Shown here: positions 1 through 9,925 of the stretch, piece after piece
Layout of the letters: each line of letters opens with the position of its first letter
How positions within the stretch are numbered: the stretch's first letter is position 1
Assembly (NCBI GenBank): GCA_052327205.1
Contig: CM126206.1
Location: forward strand, 72,230,001-72,294,000
DNA: 64,000 nt
Source of the DNA: Somniosus microcephalus
Lineage: Eukaryota
Direction of reading: 5' to 3'
Made by a program: the position numbers and the translations under genes
Notes under the pieces: model-generated
Database searches by the model: none
What the model saw: only the letters and a program-made list of their open reading frames with translations
What the model was told of the DNA's origin: nothing

Positions 1-1
1 T

Positions 2-70
2 GTGGATATGGCACCAGCAGAGGCTCACATTGCTGCAAGGGATGGCCTCATAATGGCACGATTTAGTTAG
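2..70 (+). mobile_element. Probable C-terminal end of a PIF/Harbinger transposase ORF (rest lies outside the window)
   Basis: Frame from position 2 reads VDMAPAEAHIAARDGLIMARFS*, resembling the '...ARD.LI..RF*' ending of Harbinger/HARBI1-like transposases; it converges on the Myb/SANT gene next to it. Confidence 0.55.
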
Positions 71-239
71 GTTACACCAGTGCACCCATCTGCTGAACCA
101 ACTTTCCCCCTCTCCACAACCACAAAGCAGTCCTAAAATGACCAAACCATTCCTGTCACAGACACCTATTGCTTGCAGTTAAGTCATGTCTTACCATTCA
201 TTACAAGTGACAAGGCCACTTGCCAGGCAGCAGGCAAAA

Positions 240-2468
240 ATGGGTAAGACGGGAAAGTGGTGCAAAGAAATAATTTAATGTGGCTCCATATAACATAACC
301 TTAACAGTGCATTATTGCCTAACACACCCATGTGCATACAGAATTCTTTCACCTTCCTCTTCCTACCACTTCTATGTCGTGCAACCCCTGTGGCTGCAGC
401 AGAGTTGAGGCAGGCTGCTCATTTCCCTGCTCTGACTGCCGAGATGCTTTTGACCGACGTCCTCTGGGTTTTGGAGCCCACGAGGGCCCCGCCAAAGACT
501 GCGCTTCCTGCACCTGTGTCGGAGCAGACTCAGCCATCGGGACACGAGGTAGCATCTGGGGCTCTGACTGAAGGGGGGCAATAGGGGAGAAATGGAAGCG
601 CTTTGAGCAGAGCCCCACTTCTACGTCCCCTTTCACCAACATCCTTCTCTTGGCCCACCCGTACTTCCCTGCTAGCAAGGAGCTAGAGAGCACTTTGCTG
701 CACATCAGTGGGGCGATGGCTGTCCAAGTGTAGGTTTCTATCCATCATTGTTAAAGTGGCATTCAGAGTGTGCAAGCTGTTGGTGAGAACAAGCATGCCT
801 TCATTTGAATGCTGCGTTTGATGCTCCATGCAGGTGGCCACCCTTTGAATGGACGAACACTTCATATCCATGGCCTGCAACATCATGCCAGTCATGCTGA
901 AGATGGACTCCTCCATTCTCCCTGTAAGTGAGCACATCGCAGCTGGAAATCCTGCCAGAGCCTCTCGCATGTTGTTGCTCCTCCAGAATCAGGTTCTTTG
1001 TCGACGGCCCTCAAGGTTCAGCATCTTCGTCCAGCTGAGCAGAGCTTGGAGCAACCTGCGCCCTCCGAGGAGAACTTCCACTGCTGTCCCTATCTGCACT
1101 ATCTGCTCTTGCTCACATGTGATATGTGAGACACCAGGTGACAACATCACTTTCTGACTTAATGGTCCCACTGACGTGTGTGTATGTGCACTGGTGCTTG
1201 GTGTGCATGCGTCCTGTGACGGTGCACCCTCAAAGTCAGCGACCTCCTCTGGCTGGACTAGCTGTGAGACACTTGATGGCCCTGTGGGAGACTAAAGACA
1301 TGAATTAGAACTGTTATGATAAGAATGTTTTAATTGAACATTATGCACATGATCATATTTCACTGGCTGCTGACATCAAGTCAACATAAGTGACTGTTGT
1401 ATGCCATGTGGCTGTGTGATATTTAATTCTGTCATTAGGTAGCTGGGAGTTCCCTGTCTCTCCATCTCCCACCGCCATCAACTCCGACACTCTGCTGATC
1501 ACCAGTGCCTCCTCCTCTGCTGCAGTCAGCATGGCTATGAACGGAGGGCCACCTCCGGTTCTCTGCCTCTCCCGGGTATTCTCTGCTCTCTCCTCCTGCA
1601 TGGAGGGAAACAAGAGACCTTTGAGTGAGAGTGATGGAATGAGTGGAACAGATGGATGGCCAACATCTATGAGGGAGAGGCGTGACACTGCATTAAGATG
1701 AGGGCGAGTGGATGGTCAGATGGGGATGTGAGTAAGTGCATAGACAGAGAGGGATTGGTGCACCTGCAAGGTAGGTTGGTGTGAGGAGTGATGTGCAGGA
1801 GTAGGCTTGGGAAGGCAAAGTGAGGGGGTTGGGGCGACACGCACATCAAGATGTAGTTGAATGTGGCATTGTACTTACCTTTCCTGACCTCATGAGGTCA
1901 TTAAATCTCTTCCTGCACTGTATCCAGGACCTCGCCACCACACTCCTGCTGCTCACTTCTGACACCATCTGCAGCCATTCCTTCCTGATGTCTGAGGCAG
2001 GCCTCTTCCTCCCATCAGCAGGGAATAGGACCTCCCTGCGGGCCCTAACTCCTTGCAGCAGGAGTTCCAGGGAGGCATCACTAAATCTGGGGGCAGCTTA
2101 GGATGCTGAGACTGTATTTTTTTCTGCAACAAAACAAATCTCTCTGCAAACAAACAAATCTCTCAACAAACAAAGCACTCTCTCTCCCACCAATGTCTCT
2201 CCAACCTCTGCCAACCGCACCAATGTCTCTCCAACCTCTGCCAACCGCACCAATGTCTCTCCAACCTCTGCCAACCGCACCAATGTCTCTCCAACCTCCA
2301 CCAACCTTCAACTGTCATCTTTGCATTGCTCCTTTAAATACCTGAGCTGAATTGGACCCACGTCATCACGCCCACTCCCATTAATTGGTCGGGAAACCCG
2401 GAAGTCAGGTGCAAATGCAGTGGCTTCGTTAAAAGCCACTGCAAAATGCACCACTAAAACTTCCAGGT
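240..2468 (-). mobile_element. Decayed Harbinger transposon arm with spliced Myb/SANT-like (trihelix) DNA-binding protein gene
   Basis: Minus strand ~2098-1878 reads AAPRFSDASLELLLQGVRARREVLFPADGRKRPASDIRKEWLQMVSEVSSRSVVARSWIQCRKRFNDLMRSGK followed by a GTAAGT donor; next exon ~1595-1445 reads EERAENTRERQRTGGGPP..., typical of Harbinger Myb proteins. The start region is damaged (ATA instead of ATG and an in-frame TAA/frameshift at ~2100). Outer boundary is approximate. Confidence 0.8.
2191..2306. repeat. 30-bp minisatellite, ~3.9 copies (CAATGTCTCTCCAACCTCTGCCAACCGCAC)
   Basis: Three identical units at 2191, 2221, 2251 and a diverged partial unit from 2281. Confidence 0.95.
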
Positions 2469-2469
2469 C

Positions 2470-3445
2470 TCATTTGAAAAATACAAGTTTATGGAATAAG
2501 AGGAAAAATAGCAGCATGGATAGAAAGTTGGGTGATGGACAGGAAACAAAGAATTAAAGTAAATGGGTGTTGCTCAGATTGGACAATGGATGGAAACTGT
2601 GTGTTCCAAGTGAGGAGGTCTGGGAAAGACTTTAGGAAGACATAGACAAGTTATCAGAGAGTGGGCAAATACAACTTAATATGGAGAAGTGTAAAGTAAT
2701 ACAGTTCGAGAGAAAAGAGGAATAGAATTATACACTTAATGGAAAGACACTGAAGGGTGTGTATGAACCAAGAGACCTAGGGGTTCAAATATATAATTCC
2801 CAGAAATTGCGAGTGCAGGTAGTTAAAGCCATAAAAAGGCCAACAGAACTTTTTTTTTAATGGGGCATTGAGTACAAGAGTGAAGAAATAATTATGAATT
2901 TAAACTAATCAGAATACTGTGTGCAGTTTTGGGACCCCATTATAAAAAGGGCATTAAAGTCATAAAAAGCATAGAGTGTAGATTTACCAGTATGATGTCA
3001 GAGATATGAAACTATAGTTGTGAGGAGTGAGTTGAGATACTGGGATCATTTCCATTGGAGCACAGACAGCCAAGAGGAGATTTAATAGAGGCTTTTAAAA
3101 TTATGAAGAGTTTTGATAGCGTGAATAAAGAAAGATTATATCCTTTGTTTGGAGAGTCAGTGACATGGGGTCATCAATTTAAAATGATCAGTGAGAGTGA
3201 GGAGAGAGGTTAGTAAAGATGTCTTTATACAGGTGGTTTTGGGGGCATGGAATGCTTTGCCAAAGGAAGTGGTTGAGGCAGAGACCATTGCATCCTTTAA
3301 AGAATAATTGGATAAATAATTGAAGCCAAGAAAGATACATGGCTATGGGGAGAAAGTGGGGCATTGGCTTAGCAAAGAGTTGGCACAGACACTCTGTGTA
3401 CTAGACACAATGGCCTCTTTTTGTACTGTAAACTACTATGGTTAA
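2470..3445 (+). mobile_element. Old, degenerate CR1 LINE 3' fragment
   Basis: Recognisable similarity to the CR1 ORF2 at 6400-7430 (gaatactgtgtgcagttttgg, agatttacca, ggagatttaatagagg..tttaaaattatga, ggctatggggagaaag), broken by stops and indels. Confidence 0.8.
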
Positions 3446-4679
3446 CATGTCTATATGTGAGTTGTCTGCCATCTAGAAGCACAGCTTCAAAAACATTTCC
3501 AGCAGATTTGCTTGATCTCATTCTTGGATGTTTTCCTATCAGTTATGCTAGGAATTGTACTTCGTGGGCACTCATTCTAAAAAAAAAATTGCAACATATG
3601 TTTAGAGACCTGGGACTGAAACAGAGAAAGGCTGGGCTTGTAGAGCAGAGCAGAGACATATCCAGATTTGGTGAGTGGAGCACAGATGTTGGGTTGGAAG
3701 AGTAGGGAGGGCCAGGAGGGAACGGCGGGACCTAAGGCCTGACAGTGGGGAGTCCGAGGGCATTCAGAGTGGGCCAGAAGCAGCAAGAGTCCAGGGAAAG
3801 AGAGGCTGTTGGCCTGGGAGCAGAGAGGCTAGATCTAGAGTCAGCGCAGGAGCAGAAAGACATAACAGATGCAAGAGCTGAAATGCTGGCCCCAGTATCT
3901 GCAGGAACAGAGAAGCTGAACCCAGAGTAGTCCCAGGAACAGGGTGAACGTGGCTGCTTTCTTTGTTGTGTACTTGCATTTGATTGATCTATGCTAACCG
4001 TGTGACAGAAACAGCTTTTTTTTAGGGCTCTGCTTTCCATTTGCTATTTTTTTAATATTTCAATTATTTCAGACAACCACAAGCACTAATTATGAACTCT
4101 CCCTTCTCACCAAACCCCATTTCATTATGTTAGTGTATCCAGGATATCACACACTTGGTACAATATGCCGCTGTGATATCATAATGGAAATAAAACACTG
4201 GACAGTGAGAGGGGTAACATGGCAAACTATATCCAATTAATAGTTCTTACAGCCCTAGAAACTGAATGGAAATGGGCATCTTTTTAGATTGAGATAATCT
4301 GATGCACATACTGGTGGTTTTATTCGTGTTGTACATATATTTACAAACTTACATTAGTTGAAAACTTCCTTCAGGAAAATAAGTTAAATCAGTCCTCCTG
4401 ACTGATGCCATGGTCATTATTTACCTCATATTTCACAGGCCAATCATCTTACTTAAAAGTGACATTCAATTTTTATAATAATAGTACATTTTCCTGCTGA
4501 AATTACACAAGAGATAGAAGGCCATTCACTACCGGTGATTCTCACATCTAATCAGACAGCACTTTCATAATCCCTCTGTGATATTGACCACTCTTCACCT
4601 CATCGCCTATCCCAAATCTAGATAAACGCTTTCAATCTTGGCAGAATGAAGGATTGCGTCAAATTCACAACAAATAAAG

Positions 4680-5190
4680 AGTGAAGGTGATACCAAATTA
4701 GGAGGAATTGCAAACAACAGGAAAAAGGCCAATCAAGCATAGAAGAACATAGATAAGGTGGGGAGCTGGGGTAATGAACAGAGGATACCATTTAATTATG
4801 GGCAAAAGCAAAGTAGAGAGATTGGGAAAACATCATAAAGAATAACTATTTAAGCCAAATTGTATTATTCAACAGAACATAACACAGGAGCAGGATTTAG
4901 GTGTACTAGATTACTGAAGTCATCAACTGTAAATGAAGTAAACAGGATCTTGGGTTGTGTAGAGTACAAAACTCAGGAAATGATTCTGAATTTGCACAAA
5001 TCACTGATCCAGTCCAACTGGGGTGTATCATGTATAGCTCTGGTCACTATTGTAAGAAAGACATCCATCTAAGCATTGAAGACAAGGCTCAGGGATGATC
5101 CTAAAGGGCACAGGCAAGATAAATGTCAATATTTTTAGCATAGTCTCGGATCCTACAAGAGGGCATGCTCTCAAAATTAGAAGACGGAGG
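4680..5190 (+). mobile_element. Highly degenerate CR1 LINE fragment
   Basis: Patchy similarity to CR1 RT region (gatgataccaaattaggagg-like, ggatttaggtgtact, gagtacaaaactcaggaaatgat). Confidence 0.55.
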
Positions 5191-5196
5191 ATGAAA

Positions 5197-5631
5197 AACT
5201 GAAACAAAAACAGAAAATGCTGGAAATACTCAGCAGGTCAGGCAGCATCTGTGGAGAGAGAAACAGAGTTAACATTTCAGGTTGATGACCTTTCATCAGA
5301 ACTGGAAAATGTTAGAGATGTAACAGGTATTAAGCAAGTACAGAGGCAGGGAAAGGGGAAAGGGAGGAAAGAACAAAAAGGGAAAGTCTGTGCTGGGGTG
5401 GATGGCAGGAGTGATTAAATGACAAAAGGGATGTTGGTGCAAGGCGAAAGGAGATGGTAATGGGACAAGTAAAGAAACAAAAGATTGGTCTAGAGGAGGT
5501 GTAAATGGGAATATCAGGATCATCAGCAACAGCTGCCATCTGAAAAAATGGGGGCAGAAGTTATGATCTGAAATTGTTGAACTCAATGTTGAGTCCGGAA
5601 GGCTGTAAAGTGCCTAATAGAAAGATGAGGT
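5197..5631 (-). mobile_element. Penelope-like retroelement, 3' part (end of GIY-YIG domain plus terminal repeat)
   Basis: Minus strand reads LIFLLGTLQPSGLNIEFNNFRS* (stop ~5561-5563); followed by the common chondrichthyan PLE terminus (+ strand aaacagaaaatgctggaaatactcagcaggtcaggcagcatctgtggagagag). Confidence 0.8.
5267..5303 (-). ncRNA. Minimal type I hammerhead ribozyme motif in the Penelope terminal repeat
   Basis: Minus strand: AGUU-CUGAUGA-A-AGGU(CAUCA)ACCU-GAAA-UGUU-AACU; core boxes CUGAUGA and GAAA, stem II AGGU/ACCU, stem I AGUU/AACU. Confidence 0.65.
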
Positions 5632-7508
5632 CAAGGAGGGGCCATGAAATAACACTGGCGAGCAAAATAAAGGAAAATCCTAAGATGTTTTATAAGTATA
5701 TTAAGGGTAAGAGGATAACTAGGGAAAAAATAGGGCCCATTAGGGACAAAAGTGGTAATCTGTGTGTGAAGCCGGAAGATGTAGGAGGGGTTCTAAATGA
5801 ATTTTTTGCATCTGTTTTCACTATGGAGAGGGACGATGTAGACATAGAAATAGGGCGGGGGGACTGTGATATGCTCGAACACATTAACATCGAGAGGGAG
5901 GAGGTATTGGCGGTTTCAGCAGGCCTAAAAATGGATAAATCCCCAGGCCCGGATGAAATGTATCCCAGGCTGCTGTGTGAGGCAAAGGAAGAGATTGCGG
6001 GGGCTCTAACACACATATTCAGAACCTCTCTGGCCACAGGGGATGTGCCAGAGGACTGGAGAACCGCTAATGTAGTTCCATTATTCAAGAAGGGTAGTAG
6101 GGAAAAACCGGGGAACTACAGGCCAGTGAGCCTAACATCAGTGGTGGGAAAATTATTGGAAAAAATTCTGAGGGACAAAATCAGTCTCCACTTGGAGAGG
6201 CAAGGATTAATCAGGGATAGTCAACATGGCTTTGTCAAGGGAAGATCATGTCTGACTAATTTGATTGAATTTTTTGAGGGGGTGACTAGGTGTGTGGATG
6301 AGGGCAACGCAGTGGATGTGGTATACATGGATTTCAGTAAGGCCTTCGATAAAGTCCCGCACAGGAGACTGGTCAAGAAGGTAAGAGCCCATGGAATCCA
6401 GGGTGCCTTGGCACGTTGGATAAAAAACTGGCTTAGTGGCAGAAGGCAGAGGGTGATGGTCGAAGGTTGTTTTTGTGACTGGAAGCCTGTGGCCAGTGGG
6501 GTACCACAGGGATCGGTGCTGGGTCCCTTGCTGTTTGTGGTCTATATTAATGACTTGGATATGAATGTAAAAGGTATGATCAGTAAGTTCGCGGATGATA
6601 CAGAAATTGGTAGGGTGGTAAATAGCGAGGAGGGTAGTCTCAGTCTGCAGGACGATATCGATGGGTTGGTCAGATGGGCGGAACAGTGGCAAATGGAATT
6701 TAACCCGGAAAAGTGCGAGGTGATGCACTTTGGGGGGACTAACAAGGCAAGGGAATACACAATGAATGGTAAGACCCTAGGCAAGACGGAGGGTCAGAGG
6801 GATCTGGGTGTGCAAGTACACAGATCCCTGAAGGCGGCGGAACAGGTGGATAAGGTGGTAAAAAAGGCATATGGGATACTTGCCTTCATTAGCCGAGGCA
6901 TAGAATATAAGAGCAAGGAGGTTATGATGGAGCTGTATAAAACACTGGTTAGGCCACAGCTGGAATACTGTGTGCAGTTCTGGTCGCCACACTACAGGAA
7001 GGATGTGATAGCTTTGGAGAGGGTGCAGAGGAGATTCACCAGGATGCTACCAGGGCTGGAACGCTTCAGCTATGAAGAGAGACTGGGCAGATTGGGTTTG
7101 TTTTCCTTGGAGCAGAGGAGGCTGAGGGGGGACATGATTGAGGTGTACAAAATTATGAGGGGCATAGATAGGATGGATACTAAGGAGCTTTTTCCCTTAG
7201 TAGAAGGGTCAATAACTAGGGGGCATAGATTCAAGGTAAAGGGCGGGAGGTTTAGAGGGGATTTGAGAAAGAACTTTTTCACCCAGAGGGTGGTTGGAGT
7301 CTGGAACTCACTGCCCGAAAGGGTTGTGGAGGCTGGAACCCTCACAACATTCAAGAAGCATTTGGATGAGCACTTGAAATGCCATAGCATACAAGGCTAC
7401 GGACCAAATGCTGGAATATGGGATTAGACAGGGCGTGATGGCTGGCGCGGACACGATGGGCCAAAGGGCCTCTATCCGTGCTGTATAACTCTATGACTCT
7501 ATGACTCT
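5632..7508 (+). mobile_element. Young 5'-truncated CR1 LINE, ORF2 reverse transcriptase region uninterrupted to its stop at 7427
   Basis: ORF 5574-7427 has KSPGPD, NYRPVSLTS, QHGF, DFSKAFDKV, GVPQGSVLGP, KFADD motifs; 3' tail (ACTCTATG)n at ~7488-7510; flanked by ATGAGGT at 5625-5631 and 7509-7515. Confidence 0.95.
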
Positions 7509-8035
7509 ATGAGGTGCTGTTCCTCGAGCTCACGTTGAGCTGAGGAACAGCGAGGTCAGAGTGGGAGTGGGGCGGAGAATTAAAATGACAGGCGATCAGA
7601 AGCTCGGGGTCACGCTTGTGGACTGAACAGAAGTGTTCCGTAAAGCAGTCATATTGTGAGCAGCGAATACAGTATACTAAATTGAAAGTACGGTGGAGGA
7701 TGATCCGTTGAATGTGGAGGATGGTGAGTGGAAGGTGAAGACAAGGGGAACCCTATCGTGGTTCTAGGAGGGAGGGGAAGGGGTGACAGCAGAAGTGCAG
7801 GAAATGGAACGGACACGGTCGAGGGCCCTGTCAACCACGGTGGAGGTGAATCCTCAGTTGAGGAAAAAGGAAGACATATTGGAAGCACCGGTATGAAAGG
7901 TGGCATCATAGAATCATAGAAATTAGAACAGATGCGGTGTAGACAAAGAAACTGGGAGAATGGAATAGAGTCCTTACAGGAAATGGGGTGGGAGGAAGTG
8001 TAGACAAGGTAGCTGTGGGAGTCGGTGGGCTTATG
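7509..8035 (-). mobile_element. Penelope-like retroelement, upstream part (RT thumb and GIY-YIG, internally deleted)
   Basis: Minus strand reads KPTDSHSYLVYTSSHPISCKDSIPFSQFLCLHRICS..., FNLVYCIRCSQ..., HKRDPELLIACHFNSPPHSHSDL..., AQRELEEQHL; joins the 5197-5631 piece exactly when the CR1 is removed. Confidence 0.85.
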
Positions 8036-8284
8036 TGTTTAGATTTAACTAATGTACAGAGGGTGATGCACGTATGCAATGGACTGACAAAGTTGGTAAT
8101 GGGGGGTGTTTGTATCACCAAATTCAAGTGGGAGTTCAAGAAGTGCCGGGAGGAAAATTTGATAGAGAGCTATGACAGGTACCATGGAATCTGATAGTGC
8201 CTAGATACTGGGACTGGCCAGGTGGACCACAATTTAGCCCTTTCCAATCGTGTACATTCCTGTATATTCCTTGTAAGAGATTAT

Positions 8285-8440
8285 GTTAAACCTCTCCACC
8301 TTTCTGAAGCTCCTTAAAATCTACCTCTTTGATCAAGATTTTAGTCACTTGTCCGAATATCTTCATCTTTGGCTTACAGTCAATTTTTGTCTGATTACAC
8401 TCCTGTGACGTCGCTATATAAATGCAAGTGGCTGTTGTTA
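8285..8440 (+). mobile_element. L2/SINE-type 3' tail fragment
   Basis: ctccttaaaatctacctctttgatcaag...cgctatataaatgcaagt; same tail as the SINE at 9091-9525. Confidence 0.6.
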
Positions 8441-8901
8441 AATCAACATCTACTGATGTAATTCCATCCAAGTCTAGTTCATCAGGCCAAGGCAGAATCA
8501 GCTGGGCCAAACAGCAGGATAATTAATAACTGGGAAATGTAGATAGAATCTGGTCCTTGGATTTCAGTAAAGCACACTGTCTAGGTACAGATTTGTACTT
8601 TTTCTTTCATTACTTTTCTCAAATATTCTCCCACCACTGAAATTCATATCTATATTATGTAGAGATTTCAACCAAAGCTGTGCAAAACTATATATGCTTT
8701 TATATATGTAATATTTTCTTATATTAATGCTACAGTTTGTATAGTCTCGAATGGTAAACAAACATGCTGCTAAAATTGATGGTCAATTCCTTAAAACTGT
8801 AGATCATGAATATTTTAACAAAAATCAGCAGCTAATATATTTTTTCACGATGTGAAACATCTATACTTACTGCTGAATGCTGGAGCACAATCTTTGCTTA
8901 C

Positions 8902-9710
8902 CTGCATTCTGTAAAGTTTCGATATTTTGTGGCCTTGTTGCAAGTTCTGCAATTGTTTGTACAAACTGTGTTCTAGCCTTCTGGTACTGCTCAAAAACTG
9001 GGGGCAAAAAGATAAAAGTAAACAAATTCTTGAAACCCAAGAACTCACACACATAATAATTAAACAACAGAGTCCTAAAAGTGCACGATACTAGCTGTGG
9101 CTCAGTGGTAGCACTCACAACTCTGAGTCAGAAGGTTGTGGGTTCATAGTCCCACTCCAGAGACTTGAGCATAAAATCTAGGCTGACACTCCAGTGCTGC
9201 ACTGTCGGGAGGTGCCGTCTTTTGGATAAGACATTAAAACCGTGGCCCCGTTTGCCCGCTCAGGTCTTCATAAAAGACCCCGTGGCACTATTCGAAGAAG
9301 AACTGGGGAGTTCTCCCTGACTAATATTCATCCCTCAACCAACATCACAGATTATCTGGTCATTATTACATTGCTGTTTGCAGGAGCTTGCTGTGCGCAA
9401 ATTGGCTGCCGCATTTCCTACATTGCAACAGTGACTACACTTCAAAATTACTTAATTGACTGTCAAGCACTTTGGGACGTCCTGCAGTGGTGAAAGGCGC
9501 TATATAAATGCAAGTTTTTCTTTTCTTTTATAGAAATATTCGCTGCTTAATTGCAACTTCGGATGAAATAAGTAGCTTTACATCCTTCTCCCCCAACTAA
9601 GGACAATAGCTTCCACCTAATTCACTTCTGAAGAGTAGTCTTCAAAACAAGTCAATAATTTTTATAATTTCCGAATGATTATTACCTTGTAAAGCTAATC
9701 TTTGGGTCAT
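8902..9710 (-). CDS. SPAG6: Sperm-associated antigen 6 (axonemal central apparatus armadillo protein), coding exons 1-2; gene continues beyond the left edge
   Basis: Exon 1 9710-9686 (GCCACCATG Kozak, MTQRLALQ, GT donor), exon 2 8997-8902 (VFEQYQKARTQFVQTIAELATRPQNIETLQNAG, AG/GT). Matches SPAG6/PF16 N-terminus; expected position downstream of BMI1. Exon 3 not found in the window. Confidence 0.95.
9091..9525 (+). mobile_element. tRNA-derived SINE, SacSINE1/Deu-SINE-like, near full length, in SPAG6 intron 1
   Basis: A-box TGGCTCAGTGG, B-box-like GGTTCATAGTCC, Deu-like core (ttgctgtgcgcaaattggctgccgcatttcctacatt..acagtgactacacttcaaa), tail gaaaggcgctatataaatgcaagt. Confidence 0.85.
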
Positions 9711-9925
9711 GGTGGCCCGTACTGTAGATATAGACTGCCTGAGATTTACACTATACACACACGCACGTCTGCTGCCACTGTCGCGCTCTCTCGAGTGTCC
9801 AAGACAACCACCAGCTCTGTGAATTGTGCTGTGCCGCGGTTACCACAGCGACGAACCGGAAGAGGATACTCGCGAAATCCAGAGGTCGCCACTCTGCGAT
9901 TGTGACGTGCCGCGCGTGAGCGGAC
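9711..9925 (-). promoter_or_regulatory. SPAG6 5'UTR/core promoter with RFX X-box-like and ETS motifs
   Basis: CpG-rich; GTGTCCAAGACAAC (9795-9808), GTTACCACAGCGAC (9839-9852), CCGGAAG (9856-9862). Confidence 0.65.

Noticed and set aside
2191-2306. 30-bp repeats as a CRISPR-like array or repeat protein
   Set aside because: Head-to-tail with no spacers, eukaryotic context; ORFs across it are minisatellite artefacts.
3620-3960. Purine-rich block with overlapping short ORFs
   Set aside because: No domain or splice logic; probably an unclassified repeat fragment that I cannot assign.
5574-5631. N-terminus of the 617-aa ORF as a novel chimeric protein
   Set aside because: The first ~19 codons are antisense Penelope sequence joined by chance to a truncated CR1 ORF2 that lacks its endonuclease.
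9091-9165. tRNA-like sequence
   Set aside because: It is the head of a SINE; no complete cloverleaf.
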